From: Octopus vulgaris
Lineage: Eukaryota
DNA: 64,000 nt
Assembly: GCA_951406725.2 (NCBI GenBank)
Contig: OX597827.1
Span: 51,522,001-51,586,000, forward strand
Direction: 5' to 3'
Shown here piece by piece: positions 1-12,930 of the stretch. Position 1 is the stretch's first letter, and every line of letters starts with the position of its first letter. A program made the translations under genes and the position numbers. The notes beneath the pieces are model-generated. The model was not told the origin of the DNA, made no database searches, and saw only the letters and a list, made by a program, of their open reading frames with translations.

Positions 1-829
1 GGTTGTGTTAACCATTTACAAACACAAAAACTATTTTCACATATTCACTTTCATTAATCCTTTATTTCTTAATTATCTCATGTAATTTTTTTTTTGACCC
101 TTTATTGTATATAGAACTATTAAGAAATAGGCAAATATGAATGTAATAGTTTTTGTGGGTTTTTTTTTAAATGGTTAACATAACTTGAAGATGTGTATGT
201 GTGTCTGAGCATGTGTGTGTCTGAGTGGCTATGGGTCAGGGAATAATAAAATAACTAAAAAACGGGTTGTTTCTACCATATTTTTAAACCATGAAATATT
301 AGAATAGTGACTGAATATACTATTGATGTTACCTGAACGTATGCCATATTTAGCCCCAAATCTGGTGTTCGAATTAAACATGGTTTCTATTTGGTGCCTA
401 ATGATGTCTTTATTCTTGCATTGTTTTGTAAACTTACTCTCAAATTATCATTTAACATGCAAATGTCAAATATAATTACATGAATAATTACTTTTCCTTA
501 TGAAACACTATAGTAATGTGTAAGCAATACTACCATTAAAAATAAACATTCTGAATGACAGCACTATACAAGACATGGCTGTGTAGTAAGAAGCTTGCTT
601 CCCAACCAGGTTCAGTCCCACTGTGTGGCACCTTGGGCAGGTGTTTTCTACTATAACCTCAGGCTGACCAAAGCCTTGTGAGTGGATCTGGTGGACAGAA
701 ATTGAAAAAAGCCTTTGGTGTGTGAGTATAGTTAATCCAAACATGAACAAAGAGAAAACACAACAATGCGAGGACGTGGAACAAGTATAGTGTTATCGGA
801 CACTCAGGAAAGGAAAGACTGAAGGAGGA

Positions 830-862
830 TTTAACATTTCGAGCGGAACTCTTCATCAGAAA
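830..862 (-). ncRNA. Minimal hammerhead-like motif in a Penelope-like terminal repeat (~727-920)
   Basis: Reverse complement: ttt-CTGATGA-a-gag-ttccg-ctc-GAAA-tg-TT-aaa. Stem III essentially absent, as in PLE minimal hammerheads. Confidence 0.6.
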
Positions 863-954
863 TATAGATAAAGGAAAGGAAGACAGAGAAAGAAAATCAC
901 CAATGATACACACGCAGTCACACACACACACACAAATATACTGTATATATATAT

Positions 955-1338
955 AGGTGCAAGCATAGCTTTGTTATAAGAAGCTTGGTTCTCAGTCACA
1001 TGGTTCAGTCCTACTGTGTGGAATCTTGGGCAAGTGTTTTCTACTACACCCAAAAGCCAACCAAAGCCTTGTGTGCAGATTTGGGAGACAAAATCTAAAT
1101 AAAAAACCTTCATATAAATATCTATATGTGTGTCTGTGTTTGCTCCCTCACCACCACCTAACAACCAGTGTTGGTTGGTTTACATCCCTGTTACTTAGCA
1201 GTTCATCAAAAGTGAATGATAGAATAGGTACCAGGCTTTAAAAAAAAGTACTGGGGTCGATTTGTTTGACTAAAATTTCTTCAAGGTGGTACCCCACCAG
1301 GGTCACAGTCTAATGACTGAAACAGATAAAAGATAAGA
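955..1338 (+). mobile_element. SINE family A, diverged copy (a 5' part also at 575-720)
   Basis: Same head, body and tail as 29588-29972. Confidence 0.85.
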
Positions 1339-1825
1339 GATGAACATAGCATTTACATTATGAAGGTTATTTCTTAGAGTTGAATAGATTTCATGAATAG
1401 GTTCAGTGGTTGAAGTGTATATCTTGATTAGTACATTGGGGTAGTTTTGGTAAAAAATGGAAATCCTAAAATTTGTAAGTTTGCAACACTAATATTCATA
1501 TAATAATATTGAGATGTCACTGTCATTTTAAGTTAATTCAGGGCTGGGGGTTCGTTGAGCATGTATCAAGACATTTCATTGTTTGTTACAGCCTGTATCA
1601 ACTAGCACATACATGACAACAAAGAACATTAATGAGAAATTTCCAACTTTTGTCTGTTCATTTGAAGCAATCATCATCATCATTTAACATCTGACTATGG
1701 TTTCTACAGCTGGATGCCCCCCCCAACAGCTATAATAAAACCACTGTCATAAAGGATATTAGAATAGGTGATAATATGAAGGCTTTCAGACATTGGATAT
1801 ATGGAGCTTTTCTTCAGTTTAAGCT

Positions 1826-2565
1826 TTGATGTAGTTAGGGTATTTGGCTCACAGTTGTAAGGTCATGAGTTCAATTCCCAGTGGTGCATTGTATCCTTGA
1901 GCAAAACACTTTATTTCACATTGCTCCAATTCTCTCAGCTGGCATTCAAAGGATCACCCACGTCACATTGTCATGCTGAATCTCCCTGAGAACTATGTTA
2001 AATGTATGCATGTCTGTGAAGTACTTGACCACATGAACATTCAGTTCTGAAGCAGGCTTTTGCATTGATTGAAGCAACTGGAACACTCAGTGTAACCGTG
2101 GCTTAGTGGTTAGGGTATCAGCATCATGATCGTAAGATTGTGGTTTTGATTCCTGGACCAGGCAACATGTTGTGTTCTTGAGCAAAACACTTTATTTCAC
2201 GTTGCTCCAGTCCACTCAGCTGGCAAAAATGAGTAACGCTGTGATGGACTGGCATCCCGTTCAGCTGGGGAGTGGAGGCACAATGGCCCAGTGGTTAGGG
2301 CAGCAGACTCACAGTTGGAGGATCGCGGTTTCGATTCCCAGACCGGGCGTTGTGTGTGTTTATTGGGCAAAAACACCTAAAATTCTCCATCAGGGGGAGG
2401 GGGTGGCGACCCCTGTTGTACTCTTTTGCCCCAACTTTCTCTCACTCTCTTTTCCTGTTTCTTGAGTAATGCTGCGATGGACTGGCGTCCCATCCAGCTA
2501 GTGGGGAACACATACACCACGGAAACCGGGCCTGTGTGCCTGGCTAGGCTTGAAAAGGGCGATGT
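1826..2565 (+). mobile_element. Cluster of three family-C-related tRNA SINEs (~1826-2098, 2098-2270, 2272-2565)
   Basis: Repeated tRNA-like heads (tagtggttaggg..., ttgagcaaaacac). The tail of 1826-2098 and the head of 2272-2565 match 46185-46573. Confidence 0.75.
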
Positions 2566-2571
2566 TTATCA

Positions 2572-2911
2572 AAGGCAGCAATCAGGCAGAATCAGTAGTG
2601 TGCCGGACGAAATGCTTAGCAGCATCTCGTCTGTCTTTATATTCTGAGTTCAAATTCCGCCGAGGTCGACTTTGCCTTTCATCTTTAGGCGGCAAGCTGG
2701 CAGAAACGTTAGCACGCCGAGCGAAATGCGTAGCCGTATTTCTTCTGCTGTTACGTTGTGAGTTCAAATTCCGCCGAGGTCGAGTTTGCCTTTCATCCTT
2801 TCAGGGTCGATAAATTAAGTACCAGTTGCACACTGGGATCGATGTAATCGACTTAATTCCTTTGTCTGTCCTTGTTTGTCCCCTCTATGTTTAGCCCTTG
2901 TGGGTAATAAA
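2572..2911 (+). mobile_element. SINE family B (partial copy 2572-2686 + full copy 2687-2911)
   Basis: ggcggcaagctggcagaaacgttagcacgcc...gagttcaaattccgccgaggtcgac.ttgcctttcatcc. Matches 63337-63570. Confidence 0.88.
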
Positions 2912-3679
2912 ATGTCAATTAAAAAAGAAAGCTTTGACAATACTTTATTAGTTTCAAACAATATCCTTACTTTGGGGTATTTTCCAGTGTTGTCATTCTA
3001 TAAACATCAAATATATCTGTACAATATAGTAACTTTGGATAGAATATGAACAATGAGGAATTGAGATTCCTGGAGTTCTTTGAATCAAGTGATCTGAGAT
3101 GCTACATAAACTTCGGGAAATCACCCAGACACCTGAATACTTTCCTACTAATCAGGTGAGTACTGAAGCCAGAAAAAATTTATTCTAACCAGGAAGCAAG
3201 ATAGATAGATTATTGTAAATGCTAAATATTTCTCCAGTGAAGAATGTACAATCCAATGTAGATTAGTGGTTAGAACAATGAACAAGAACTATTTCAACAC
3301 AAACACAAAAGACTGACACTTATAGCACGGGGGAGGAGGTAGAGGCCTGTAACATAGAGCAAGACTGGCAGTTTTTATGGGACAATTTCCTAGGTGTGAC
3401 AGACCAGACTTGTGACTGGTGCAACATCCCAACCAAATGCAAGGTAATGTAGTGGTAGAGCAATATTGTTGAGAGCACCATAATAGCAGAAGAGACATGT
3501 GGTAGGCCTGAAAGAAAGAGGGCAGTAAAGAAAAATACCAAATAGTTAAAAATGAAGCTATGGAGAGAGGCAGAAAAGAAGTTTATACATGTTCAGTGAC
3601 ATGAACATCAGAGTCATGAAGTGTTCTGCTTTACTTGACAGTGTACCAGAGAAAAATGAGATGTTCTTGGGGAGAATGT

Positions 3680-3962
3680 ATGTATGCAGTTCTTCAATGA
3701 ATAACATACAAATTTCTCTCTAAGAACGTTGAAGAACAGAAAGGCAGCTAGTATGGGCAAAATCCCACCTGAAGTTTGGAAAACGGAAATTTAATGACAT
3801 TCTTCTTCGATGCTGTGTAAGGGATGCATCCTTTCATTTCCAAAGAAGGGAGATCTTGGTGTCACCAAAATTTACTGAGAATTACTCTCACTACCATATC
3901 TGCCAAAATTTATAAGGCCATGCTACTCAATCATAACCAGCCTGTAATTGAAAAAATCTTAA
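3680..3962 (+). mobile_element. RTE-like LINE reverse transcriptase fragment
   Basis: LRTLKNRKAA.MGKIPPEVWK..GCILSFPKKGDLG..Y..ITLTTISAKIYKAMLLN..P.IEKIL. Confidence 0.8.
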
Positions 3963-6900
3963 ACTAAGAATATAAGCAAATTCTTCTATGTTACTGTTGT
4001 GAAGAAGGCTCCTGACAGACTTATTTCACAGTTTATTGGTCACTCTTCAGTGAATACATACCCAACATTTTACCCTAATCAATAACGCATGGTCAACTGC
4101 TATATAACGCCATTGTAAATTAGCCTAGCACATTAGTAGATAGCCTAATTTGTGCATTTTCATACTTTTGACACCTCATCAAAAATTAAACTGTCTATAC
4201 AACACAGTGTAACTCAGAATAACTGAAATATATTTAAATATTAAAAAGCTTCACTGTGGGTCAACTAAGAATATAAACACAATCTTTCTGCACTATTGAT
4301 ATGTGGGAAAACTGACAGGATGTTATCAATCATGTCAGATTTATGTGAAATATTTACAGAATACTCAGCCAGTTGTAATTTAACTAAAAACAAAAAAGAC
4401 CTACTATATGTTGTAAATAGACATACATACAATATGCATGGTGCATCTCTGTTTAAATGAAGTTGTTAAACTCTCAGAATGCTCAGTTTCTACTTAAAAT
4501 TTCATAATAGCTACAATCAGTGTCTGTGTAAACTTAAATAAAAATGATGTTTCATATAAATATCCAAGTAGTGTTAAGTAGACAATCAATGTAGCTACTA
4601 TTCAAGTGGATTTGATATGGAGCGAGCAAAACAAAATGAAGATGACATTCATGCTTCTATATGTAACCAAAAGGTCTTTCATACTGAGGCATGGAAATAA
4701 CTCCAAAGTGCTATGCCTTAGGTTATTTAAGATAATAAAGCTTTACTATTACTCAGGAGACATTTATATAATGAATAGATACAATTGTCCCTCATTTACA
4801 TTTTTATCTGTTTTGGTGATTTACAGAACCAATTGATTGCGTAAGCCGAAGAGCAGCTCTGTGTGTGTAATTTTTACTAGAAAATCTGAGCTAATGACTT
4901 TAAAGTTTCAGTTTGCTCACCAACATTAGACTGTAATTTATTTATCTTCTTTCTCGTTTTTCTTAGGTAGGTAAACATGTAGGTAGTCAGGGAAAATAGA
5001 GAATAATAGGGGAAAAGTGTTTGTAGGGTACGGGTTGAAAATTAAAGTTAAGGTGGTTAGAATTGTGCTGGTTTGGTAGTGGAATTTTATTATTTACAGT
5101 CCAGTCAGGTTTGAAAGTAAAGGTGTGTACAAATATATAATATTCTGGGTATGATAAATGTGTGATTAATCGAGATGCATTGTATATAAAGTTGGTCTTT
5201 GTGCTTTGTCAGGGTTTACAAAAACGTTTATAGATAATGCAGTTCGATGTCACACAGTAGTACAAGTTGGTGTTAGTAATTTGCTTTTTTCAGTATTTCT
5301 AAACTGGGAATTTCAGAAAGGTTTAGATTGGAAAGATAGTACTATAAAATATTGGGATTTCTAGTCAGTTTATTATATGATGATTTATAATATAAACACA
5401 GACAAAAGATGCATGTAACTGCATATGGTTACTTATACATCCAGGTAATTGCATAAAGATTATGCATATTTCTTTAGAGATATGTGTCTATAAGGAAATA
5501 TAAATAGAATAATGATGTCAAACCAAAGATGTCACACACAGAGATTATAACAACGAAATTTATGCATTGATGAGAAATATAGCTGGTACTTCAAGCATGA
5601 TGGGCAACAGTAGTACATCTACACACACAAATCAATTACAAATTGTTCACTCATTGGTCAGTTCTGATTTAGCAGAGTTATGACCTGAGGACATTTCACC
5701 TGTGATCATCCCAGATTTTATTTTTGAGCAACCTAATCTTGACTACATTATCCAATGACTTGAAGAAAAAAAAAGAGATGGTAAGCTGTATTTTAAGGGC
5801 GATTTGGGCTTTAAAAGACCAGAGGTAGTCACAGTCGGAACTATATAAAGACGGATGTTTTCGTACAAATCCATACATGAACAAAGATCAGATCGATTAT
5901 TTTTTAACTGAAGCCTAAACTATGAGATATCCATAATATCATACACTCAACAATAAATAAAAACATGTAACTAGAGGCTTGGGGGCCACTGAAATGCTAT
6001 ACTTTACCACCATTGCAAAGACTGGTTTTCCTCTTCACAACCAAAAAATATTTCACCCCACATATTGACTCTCAACAAAACGCTGCTCTCATATCTGTTA
6101 CTGGTTTGCTGCTACACATACTGATATCCTAGACCACTTAAAAAAATACCACTCATTTGAATGGGTCAAATTTGCCCATCAATACACTCTAACATGCTGT
6201 CACAGCTTTGCTTTTTGTAGCCTCTGATCCTTGGAACTGGCTGGTCTCATGTCACCTCTTCATTCATCTATCCTCCTCTTGTTACAAATACTGTATCCAG
6301 CCCAGGCTCCATTTTACTCACAGTTTGCTTCCCAGAGCAAGAATCGTACACTTCAGCGTATATACCTGGACACACACAATTAAAAACAACTCGACCACAC
6401 ATACGCTCATCACTCATACACACATCCCAAATGTATAAATACAGTAACAAAAGGTTGGAGACAACGTGCTGGATCTGGAGTAACGAGCACTTTATTAATG
6501 AGGTTGTGATGGCAACGAAAGGACAAACCAATTGATTAATTGATAATTACAACGAATAATCAAGCTGTCGATTAGAAATGATCAATTACTTGACTAATCT
6601 TTACTATAAGGAACGTGTTTCTCTGCACGTTCACCATGTGCTGAGATCAAGATGATTTTCAAAATATTTGAAGGATTTTTTTTCAGTCTCTCCAGTTCAA
6701 CACTCTGTTCATTGTTTTTATTGATGTTGATAAGTTGAAAGGTAAAAAAAAATGGTGTTGGCAGACATGAACTTGTAATGCAAAGAGTTGCAACAAATAC
6801 TGCAGGGTTTTCTTTCCAATGCTCTAACAATTCTACCAATTAGCCGGCCACAAAAATAAAGCATTGTTTTTTTTTTAAGAAATAAAAGATGAATTTATTC

Positions 6901-7289
6901 ATTGAATTTCCATATGTGTTTTAGCTTTGGTTTAGTCTATTTTTCTTTTGGGAAAGAAGGAAAAGGTAATAAAAATAGCAACAGATTTACTAAGTATTTC
7001 AGTTTGTGGAAGAGTTACTTCTGCTGTAAATATTATTTGAAACTATTTATTTTTGAGGTGAGTAAACTACTTTACCAAAAAGTCTGTTCATAAAACAGTT
7101 AATTCTGCTATTTCTAACATAGACATATCATTACCCACTAAAATAGACATTGATGTTCAATGATTATGAAATTAGAATATAAAGGTTGTGAAAACTTTCT
7201 TTATTGTAAATGAAAATTAGTCACTGAAATTTATCATTCACCACTTAGTTTATATATAAGGCAGTTTGAGAAAAGGCATTTCACTGAAA

Positions 7290-9680
7290 TGTTACATTAA
7301 CATTATCGAAAAAATTCCCTTTGACATTCATTGCCTACCTCAAATATTACTACCATACACACGCATATTCATGAGCTTGAGAGCTTTTATATGGCTTACT
7401 TTTTCGATTCGGTGGTGGTGGGGGGGGGGGGGCAGTGTATGCAGAGAGTGGCTGTAGATAATTGAAAGGAAACTGCCAATGCTGATATTTTCCATACACC
7501 TTATTCTGCTATAGTTTCAGGTACTTTTTATCTGCAACCATTCTTGTCTGTTCGCAAACAAATTGATGCTAGCACAATACCAGAAAATATTTCTTATGGA
7601 TCACAGGATGGCAAAATGTCAGAGGATGAACAATCCAGAAGATATAACTTGCCTATATGCTTTGACATTGCTGTACTGATGCCTGGTAGAGATGAAGAAA
7701 CTCATCAAACTGGTAGAATATTGATAAGCAAGTTCTGATCAGAAAACAATCAGTGGAATCTTTAAGTCCAATCTGCTTGCTTGCAGTATACTTGAAACAA
7801 TCAAAAGCCTTACATGCAAGCCTGCATAATGATCTGGTATATGCAATCATTGCAGGGCAGACAATTCAACAATTTTGTTTAAAAGAAAATGAATTCGTTT
7901 TGATATCGGCAATGCAAATCAACAAGATGAAATCATTAAATATGAGCATCTGAATCATATTTGAGACTTTTCAAATTTTCTATTCGGCAAAAAGAGGGGG
8001 ATGGGGATCCTTCTGTAGAATTTTACATACCCAATTAATGACAAATAATTTTTGATCCAAACAATGCAAATGATACCCTTCAAATAACTCAATTAACTAA
8101 ACTCACTTTGATGAAACATCAAAGAATCAGAAACAGAAAATCTCACATGCAGCAATTTCCCTTAACATACATTGTAATCATCGAATAAGACTTGCGAAGA
8201 AGGACAATACAATCAAAATTAATATTTGAGACCATCAAAGTAGTTTACACTGTCTATCAGTTGTTGGAAGAACTCTTCTATTTGAGACTCTTGCTTCATC
8301 ACAGAACTGGAGCTGTAAGTTTTCGTGATTTGCTTACAGTCGACAGTGTAATCTGCAGTACTGAATCTCTTTGAGAATAGCAAATGTGCATAATGAAACA
8401 GTAGTAATTCAATCTGCTGACCAGCTCAGAAATTTATTTGTTGTGGTTCTCATTTATGCTCTCTGTCTCCACTTCTAAGTCTACTACACATTTCACAACC
8501 TTATTAGAAACTTTTTACATCGCATAAGAGAAATATCGACCATAGAAAAGGATGGGGGGAAAAGCTGCCATTAATGACATGCTCTATGAACCGGATAACC
8601 AAACCATTCAACAGTTGGTTATGGTTTGCTATCTACTGACCACCACCAACAAAATGTACCTGTTAAACCAAATGAAATAGATCCTTCAGCCAAAGTCTAT
8701 TACAACAATCACATAAATATACTCTGCTGTACTGGCTGGATGGGTATTTGTTGACTGACATCAAGTTTAGCCCCGTGTTGTCCTATAATAAACCAACTAC
8801 GAATGTTGTTGAAACTACCATTTTTTTAATGAAGTAAATTACAATATTTACATAGTTACGTGATAGTTAACCAGTCAAGTAATGTAGTGTCCTAGAACTG
8901 GAGCAGTTGTAATGAAATTACCAACAAAAGGGGATTAATTTTGCATGAGAGGCAGGGATAATGCTTGCCCACTCTAGTTGAAGAATTCCTTTTAACTCAG
9001 GGATGAACTTCATCCAAGAAAAACTTGATAGGCTTACTACTTGTGTTCCATAATTCACCGCTTTCTGATTTGTCCATGCGCATTGTGCTTATTTAACTAG
9101 AAAAGTGCAGAACTCCTGAAACACCGTAAGACATTCTCTAATTTGGAGTGATATTCCAGCAAGTTGATTACCAATAACCAGGACAGTGTAGTCTGAGTCT
9201 TGCTATTAAAGTTGTGAGGCTTTGATTCTAAGCCTCACTACAACCCTGAATACAAGCTGAGATTTGCTTTTGAGTCAATCAATAGTAAAAAACATTAACA
9301 ACAATGAGGGCAGCCTGATATTTAATGATTCTCCTGGAAAAACAGGCAAAACTTTTCTGTTGAATTTGCTACTGTTCTATGTTCACAAAAATGGCCAATG
9401 AATGCTACAGCTTCATCAGGCATTGCAATAACACATTTGAAGCTTGGATGGTCTACCCATTCTCTCTTCATTTTCCCCAGTTTAGTGAGAAACCGGTTAT
9501 ATATCTCCTCATGATGCAGTTAGTTGCCTTCTATACAATGTTCAGTGTGGGATGAAGCCCCAATGTACCAACCGACATCCCAAAGCTTTGAATCACATGC
9601 TTTGACATGTAAAGAACAATAAACAACTTCTTGGAGGGAAATCATTTGTCCTCAGTGGAAATTTTTCGGCAAATTCATCT
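7290..9680 (+). mobile_element. Decayed Helitron RepHel (Rep region + PIF1 helicase) pseudogene
   Basis: Ordered motifs: RRYNLPICFDIAVLMPG (~7635), GQTIQQF (~7855), VYTV...ELFYLRLLLHHRTGAVSFRDLLTVD (8240-8345), QLRNLF (~8420), Walker A DSPGKTGKTFLLNLLL (9327-9375), ASSGIA (~9410), VWDEAPM (~9546), LGGKSFVLSG.FRQI (9630-9676). Many stops and frameshifts. Confidence 0.88.
8770..9230 (-). mobile_element. Decayed Ty3/gypsy RT-RNaseH-linker fragment nested in the Helitron
   Basis: Minus-strand frames give ..LEYHSKLENVLRCFRSSAL.LNK, KFIPEL and ITTAPVLGHY, resembling gypsy EH..NL..VL.RL..AGL.LN, KFIP and LTSAPVLAHY. Confidence 0.55.
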
Positions 9681-9713
9681 AGTAGAGCTCAACTTTTCGG
9701 TAATTGATGCATA

Positions 9714-10019
9714 TGTAGCGTACGCTTAGTGAAATTCTCTCTCTCTGTTTTGTATAACATAAACACAGACATAGCAGATAACAGCTAACCTTCGGCCGTT
9801 TGGACCCTGTTGGTTGGTATTGGCGCAATTTGTCTCTTGCTCTATTACGCGCCAATGTGCAACCCAACCAATAGCAGCCTTCTGATAAGGTCCCATGACA
9901 CAGACTTCTAAATTCTCTGTTGGAGCCTCCTAGTCTCTATAAAAGCTAGGTCAACAAACCGTATTTCTATCAACAAACAACAGCTATCCTAACAATAAAC
10001 GACTAAGTCGATCAACTCA
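9714..10019 (+). mobile_element. Solo or partial LTR related to the 5' LTR at 30675-32540
   Basis: Starts TGTAGCG. 9769-9875 matches 31930-32060 (catagcag.taac.gctaacc...ttggttggtattggcgcaatttgtctctt...gcgccaat.tgcaacccaaccaat). TATA ctataaaa at ~9937, AATAAA at ~9994. Confidence 0.7.
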
Positions 10020-10605
10020 ACGATCAAATTGGGAATAAACTTCCGGGAAATGTGATTACACTGGGAAGTTTACAGAATATCAAATATTAAAAAAAAAATA
10101 AATGTCTTTACTTGAACAATATTAAAAGACTTTAATATTTGTGTCTGTTTGCCCCACCACCATCATCACTTGACAACCAGTTAAAAAAAGTACTGCGGTC
10201 TATTTATTTATTTAACTAAACCCTTCAAGGAGATGCTCTCAGTCTAATGAACGAAATAAGTAAGCGAAAAAAAAAGAAGAAAGCAACATATATCGAATTA
10301 GAAATAGAATTAATACATAATACATAAAAGAAGGTGGATCGAAGCCATGCAGAGTGTATCAATGTATTCAGATCCGAAGACACGAAATACCAATTAATTG
10401 AAAATGTTATCATAAAATATCATAAAAATAACAAGTAATTTTTCATATTTAATATTGTTGCTATAATTATTTTCTTTGTTATTATATCTCCAGGACTTTT
10501 TGTTTCACTAACGACATATTCAAACTACGCATCGTTGGTGAATAAAATGATGTCAATTTCTTATCCTTCGTAAGCATTCGCATTTCACTCTATTTACCTG
10601 TAACT

Positions 10606-10650
10606 ATGGATCACAATAGTGATTTTGATAGTGCGGACTCTGATGAGGAG
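10606..10650 (+). CDS. EBP2: EBP2 (EBNA1BP2) exon 1 of 9, MDHNSDFDSADSDEE
   Basis: ATG at 10606, acidic N-terminus, donor GAG|gtgagt, phase 0. Joins in frame to LQTAIANNLLKPGLN, matching the EBP2 ELQ.AF..GLLKPGLN motif. Confidence 0.8.
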
Positions 10651-12289
10651 GTGAGTTATATTTCCAATATTAATTTAATTATAGTCACAGACTTGTAGAT
10701 TAACTAGCAAAAGAAGATGTGACGTATGTATCATTGTCATCTGGTATTTTAAAACAGAATCCATACACCACGTGTTCAACTTCGACTCCGCTGAACACAT
10801 GTTAAATTGAGAACAAGATATTGTTCAGCCCAAGTAAACACTAATTAAGTACACCTATAATAAAAACTATTGCACTCGAACCACCTTAAAATGGTGGAGT
10901 ATGATTTTGAGTAATCTGACTGTCATTTCTTAAAGTTGGTTTGTTTAATTACTATTTAATCGTATTTCTATGCGAGCAAAAATTATAAATATTTCATGTT
11001 TAAAATGGCCAAATTTTGTCATTCGATAATTAGGATTTGTTGTCTACTCGTGGCTCTGTGGCTTTTTCTTTTTTTTTTATGTATCAACCAAAACTCCTTG
11101 GTATTTTTGTATAAAAATCATCTTTGATTTGGTTTGAGGAAAGACTATATTTCAAGAGTTTTCGTCTCCTCACACCGACACTCTGTAGATTAATGTCGAA
11201 TGAATGCTGAATTTTAATTATTCTCTACCGTTTTACAATGGATACTTTATTGGACATGGGCACTATTTAAATAGAGAGGTCTTGATGCATCTACGTAACG
11301 ATATGAAAGGGAGGGTTAGGGTGTCATTACACGTCTACACAGCGTACATTTATAGTGTTTTGTACGTAACACCTGTATTTAAGTAATACCGTTAAGGGAC
11401 CTCTGTATTTAAGTAGTACCCACTTATTGTCCCTACCTTGCAAAATGTTATTGATAGTTATAACACGTCGCAGAGGAGAAAAGTGACTTCTATTGCTTTT
11501 GTGTACACTATTCAACATCAAAATTCTGAAGATCATGATAAATTTTCATCGACGAAACAATAAATGTGTTTCTCTATACCACACTGCACAACTTCATTGA
11601 CGCCTCTTACAATCAAAATAATGTAAACAATAAACTTTGTGTAAGCCTAAGATGACTGAGACGGTCTGAACTCGCAAGCTGCTAATTTTTGTTCATTAAA
11701 TTCACGCTCTGTGAGAAATAAAATTGTTGACATATCAGAAAACATAAATGAAGTTGATACTGAATCTTGGCTTCGAGCAGATGTCAATGTGAAAATAGAA
11801 CTATCACCGTGGAATAGCAATCGTTGGCGATGGCGGAAGTTTTCTAATGAAAAAACATTTTTGAAAATGAATATCCCTTTTTTTATCCCTTTCCCTTCGG
11901 CCCCTCTCCTGGGCCCTCAAGACGGACATTAATTTTTTTTTTCACTATGCACTTCATTCTTATGAAAAAATAAATAAAGAGAATAGGATCGTTTATTGAC
12001 CACCACCTTCAAAAACATAAATATGAACTTGCTGTTACAACGTTTTAAGAATTTGGTGATCTACAAGTTACTCACTGAAATAGTTGACTCACTTTATTCA
12101 CCACATCTTTGCATATGAGGGCACAGTCCCAGGAATTTCTTGAAGGGAAGGCACAAGGTCAGAAGGGAATGCAATTCCTGGAGAAAAGGATGTAATAACA
12201 TCATTTAGAAGGGTGCACTTCTTTTCTTGAGGGAGAATTTGCCCCCCAGCCCCTTTCTCCAGGATCCACCCTAGATGTGGCTTGTCCAG

Positions 12290-12930
12290 CCCTCATAAAC
12301 CATTTGTATACATTTGGTTTCCTTAATAACTACCAAATTACTGAATGTGGTACCCTGTCAAATGCCATCTTCAGTCAATGAATGCCATTGGCTTACTCTT
12401 AGCTGCATCTTTTCCCTTTTAGTGCCTCATAAGGAAAATTATAGCCTTAGTATCTCCCAAGTGCAAAAACCAAACATTTCATCCACATGCACTTTGTCAT
12501 GGGTCAGTTGTGCTATGAATATCTCCAAGGCCTTCATAAACTGATCCAGTAATTTAATTTCTCTATAATTTCCTCTCTAAAACATCTCCTTTGTAGCAGT
12601 TTACTGCTATACCAGTCATTTGGTATGATACCTTCCAGTATAACTTGATTAATTATCATGTATACCTCACCAGATATTTTGAGCAACTCTGCAACTATCT
12701 CTCATTGACCTGCAATTTTTCCCATCTTCATAGCCTCAATCTCTTTATCTACCATGCTACTGTCAACTTCAATTGCTGGTTCCTTTGTAGGATCGGCATG
12801 AAGTAACCCTTCTTTATCACATGCCTACTCCACATTCAGCAGCCTCTCATAATAGCACTTCCATGACATTTTCTTGTTTTCTGTATCTATTGCTATAAAG
12901 GCATGTCCTTTATATCAATGCCTTCCACCT
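12290..12930 (-). mobile_element. LINE RT fragment (RTE-like)
   Basis: Minus strand: WKCYYERLLNVE, PAIEVDSSMVDKEIEAMKMGK, YKGDVLERNYREIKLLDQFMKALE, DEM.FGF. Confidence 0.75.

Noticed and set aside
3962-4320. Degenerate direct repeat aactaagaatataa...ctgacag 300 bp apart
   Set aside because: Short and AT-rich, with no element structure evident.
4960-5400. Possible further Penelope GIY-YIG remnant on the minus strand
   Set aside because: Only a weak IIY..C similarity, too decayed to support without a profile search.
6430-6850. Divergent gene exon or Tc1/mariner remnant upstream of EBP2 (ORF 6594-6839, -)
   Set aside because: No recognisable motif, TIR pair or consistent splice partners.
11077-11183. 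H/ACA-like layout in EBP2 intron 1 (hairpin, AAATCA, hairpin, ACA)
   Set aside because: The first hairpin is too short and the pockets and upper stems are weak. It would need snoReport/Infernal and conservation support.
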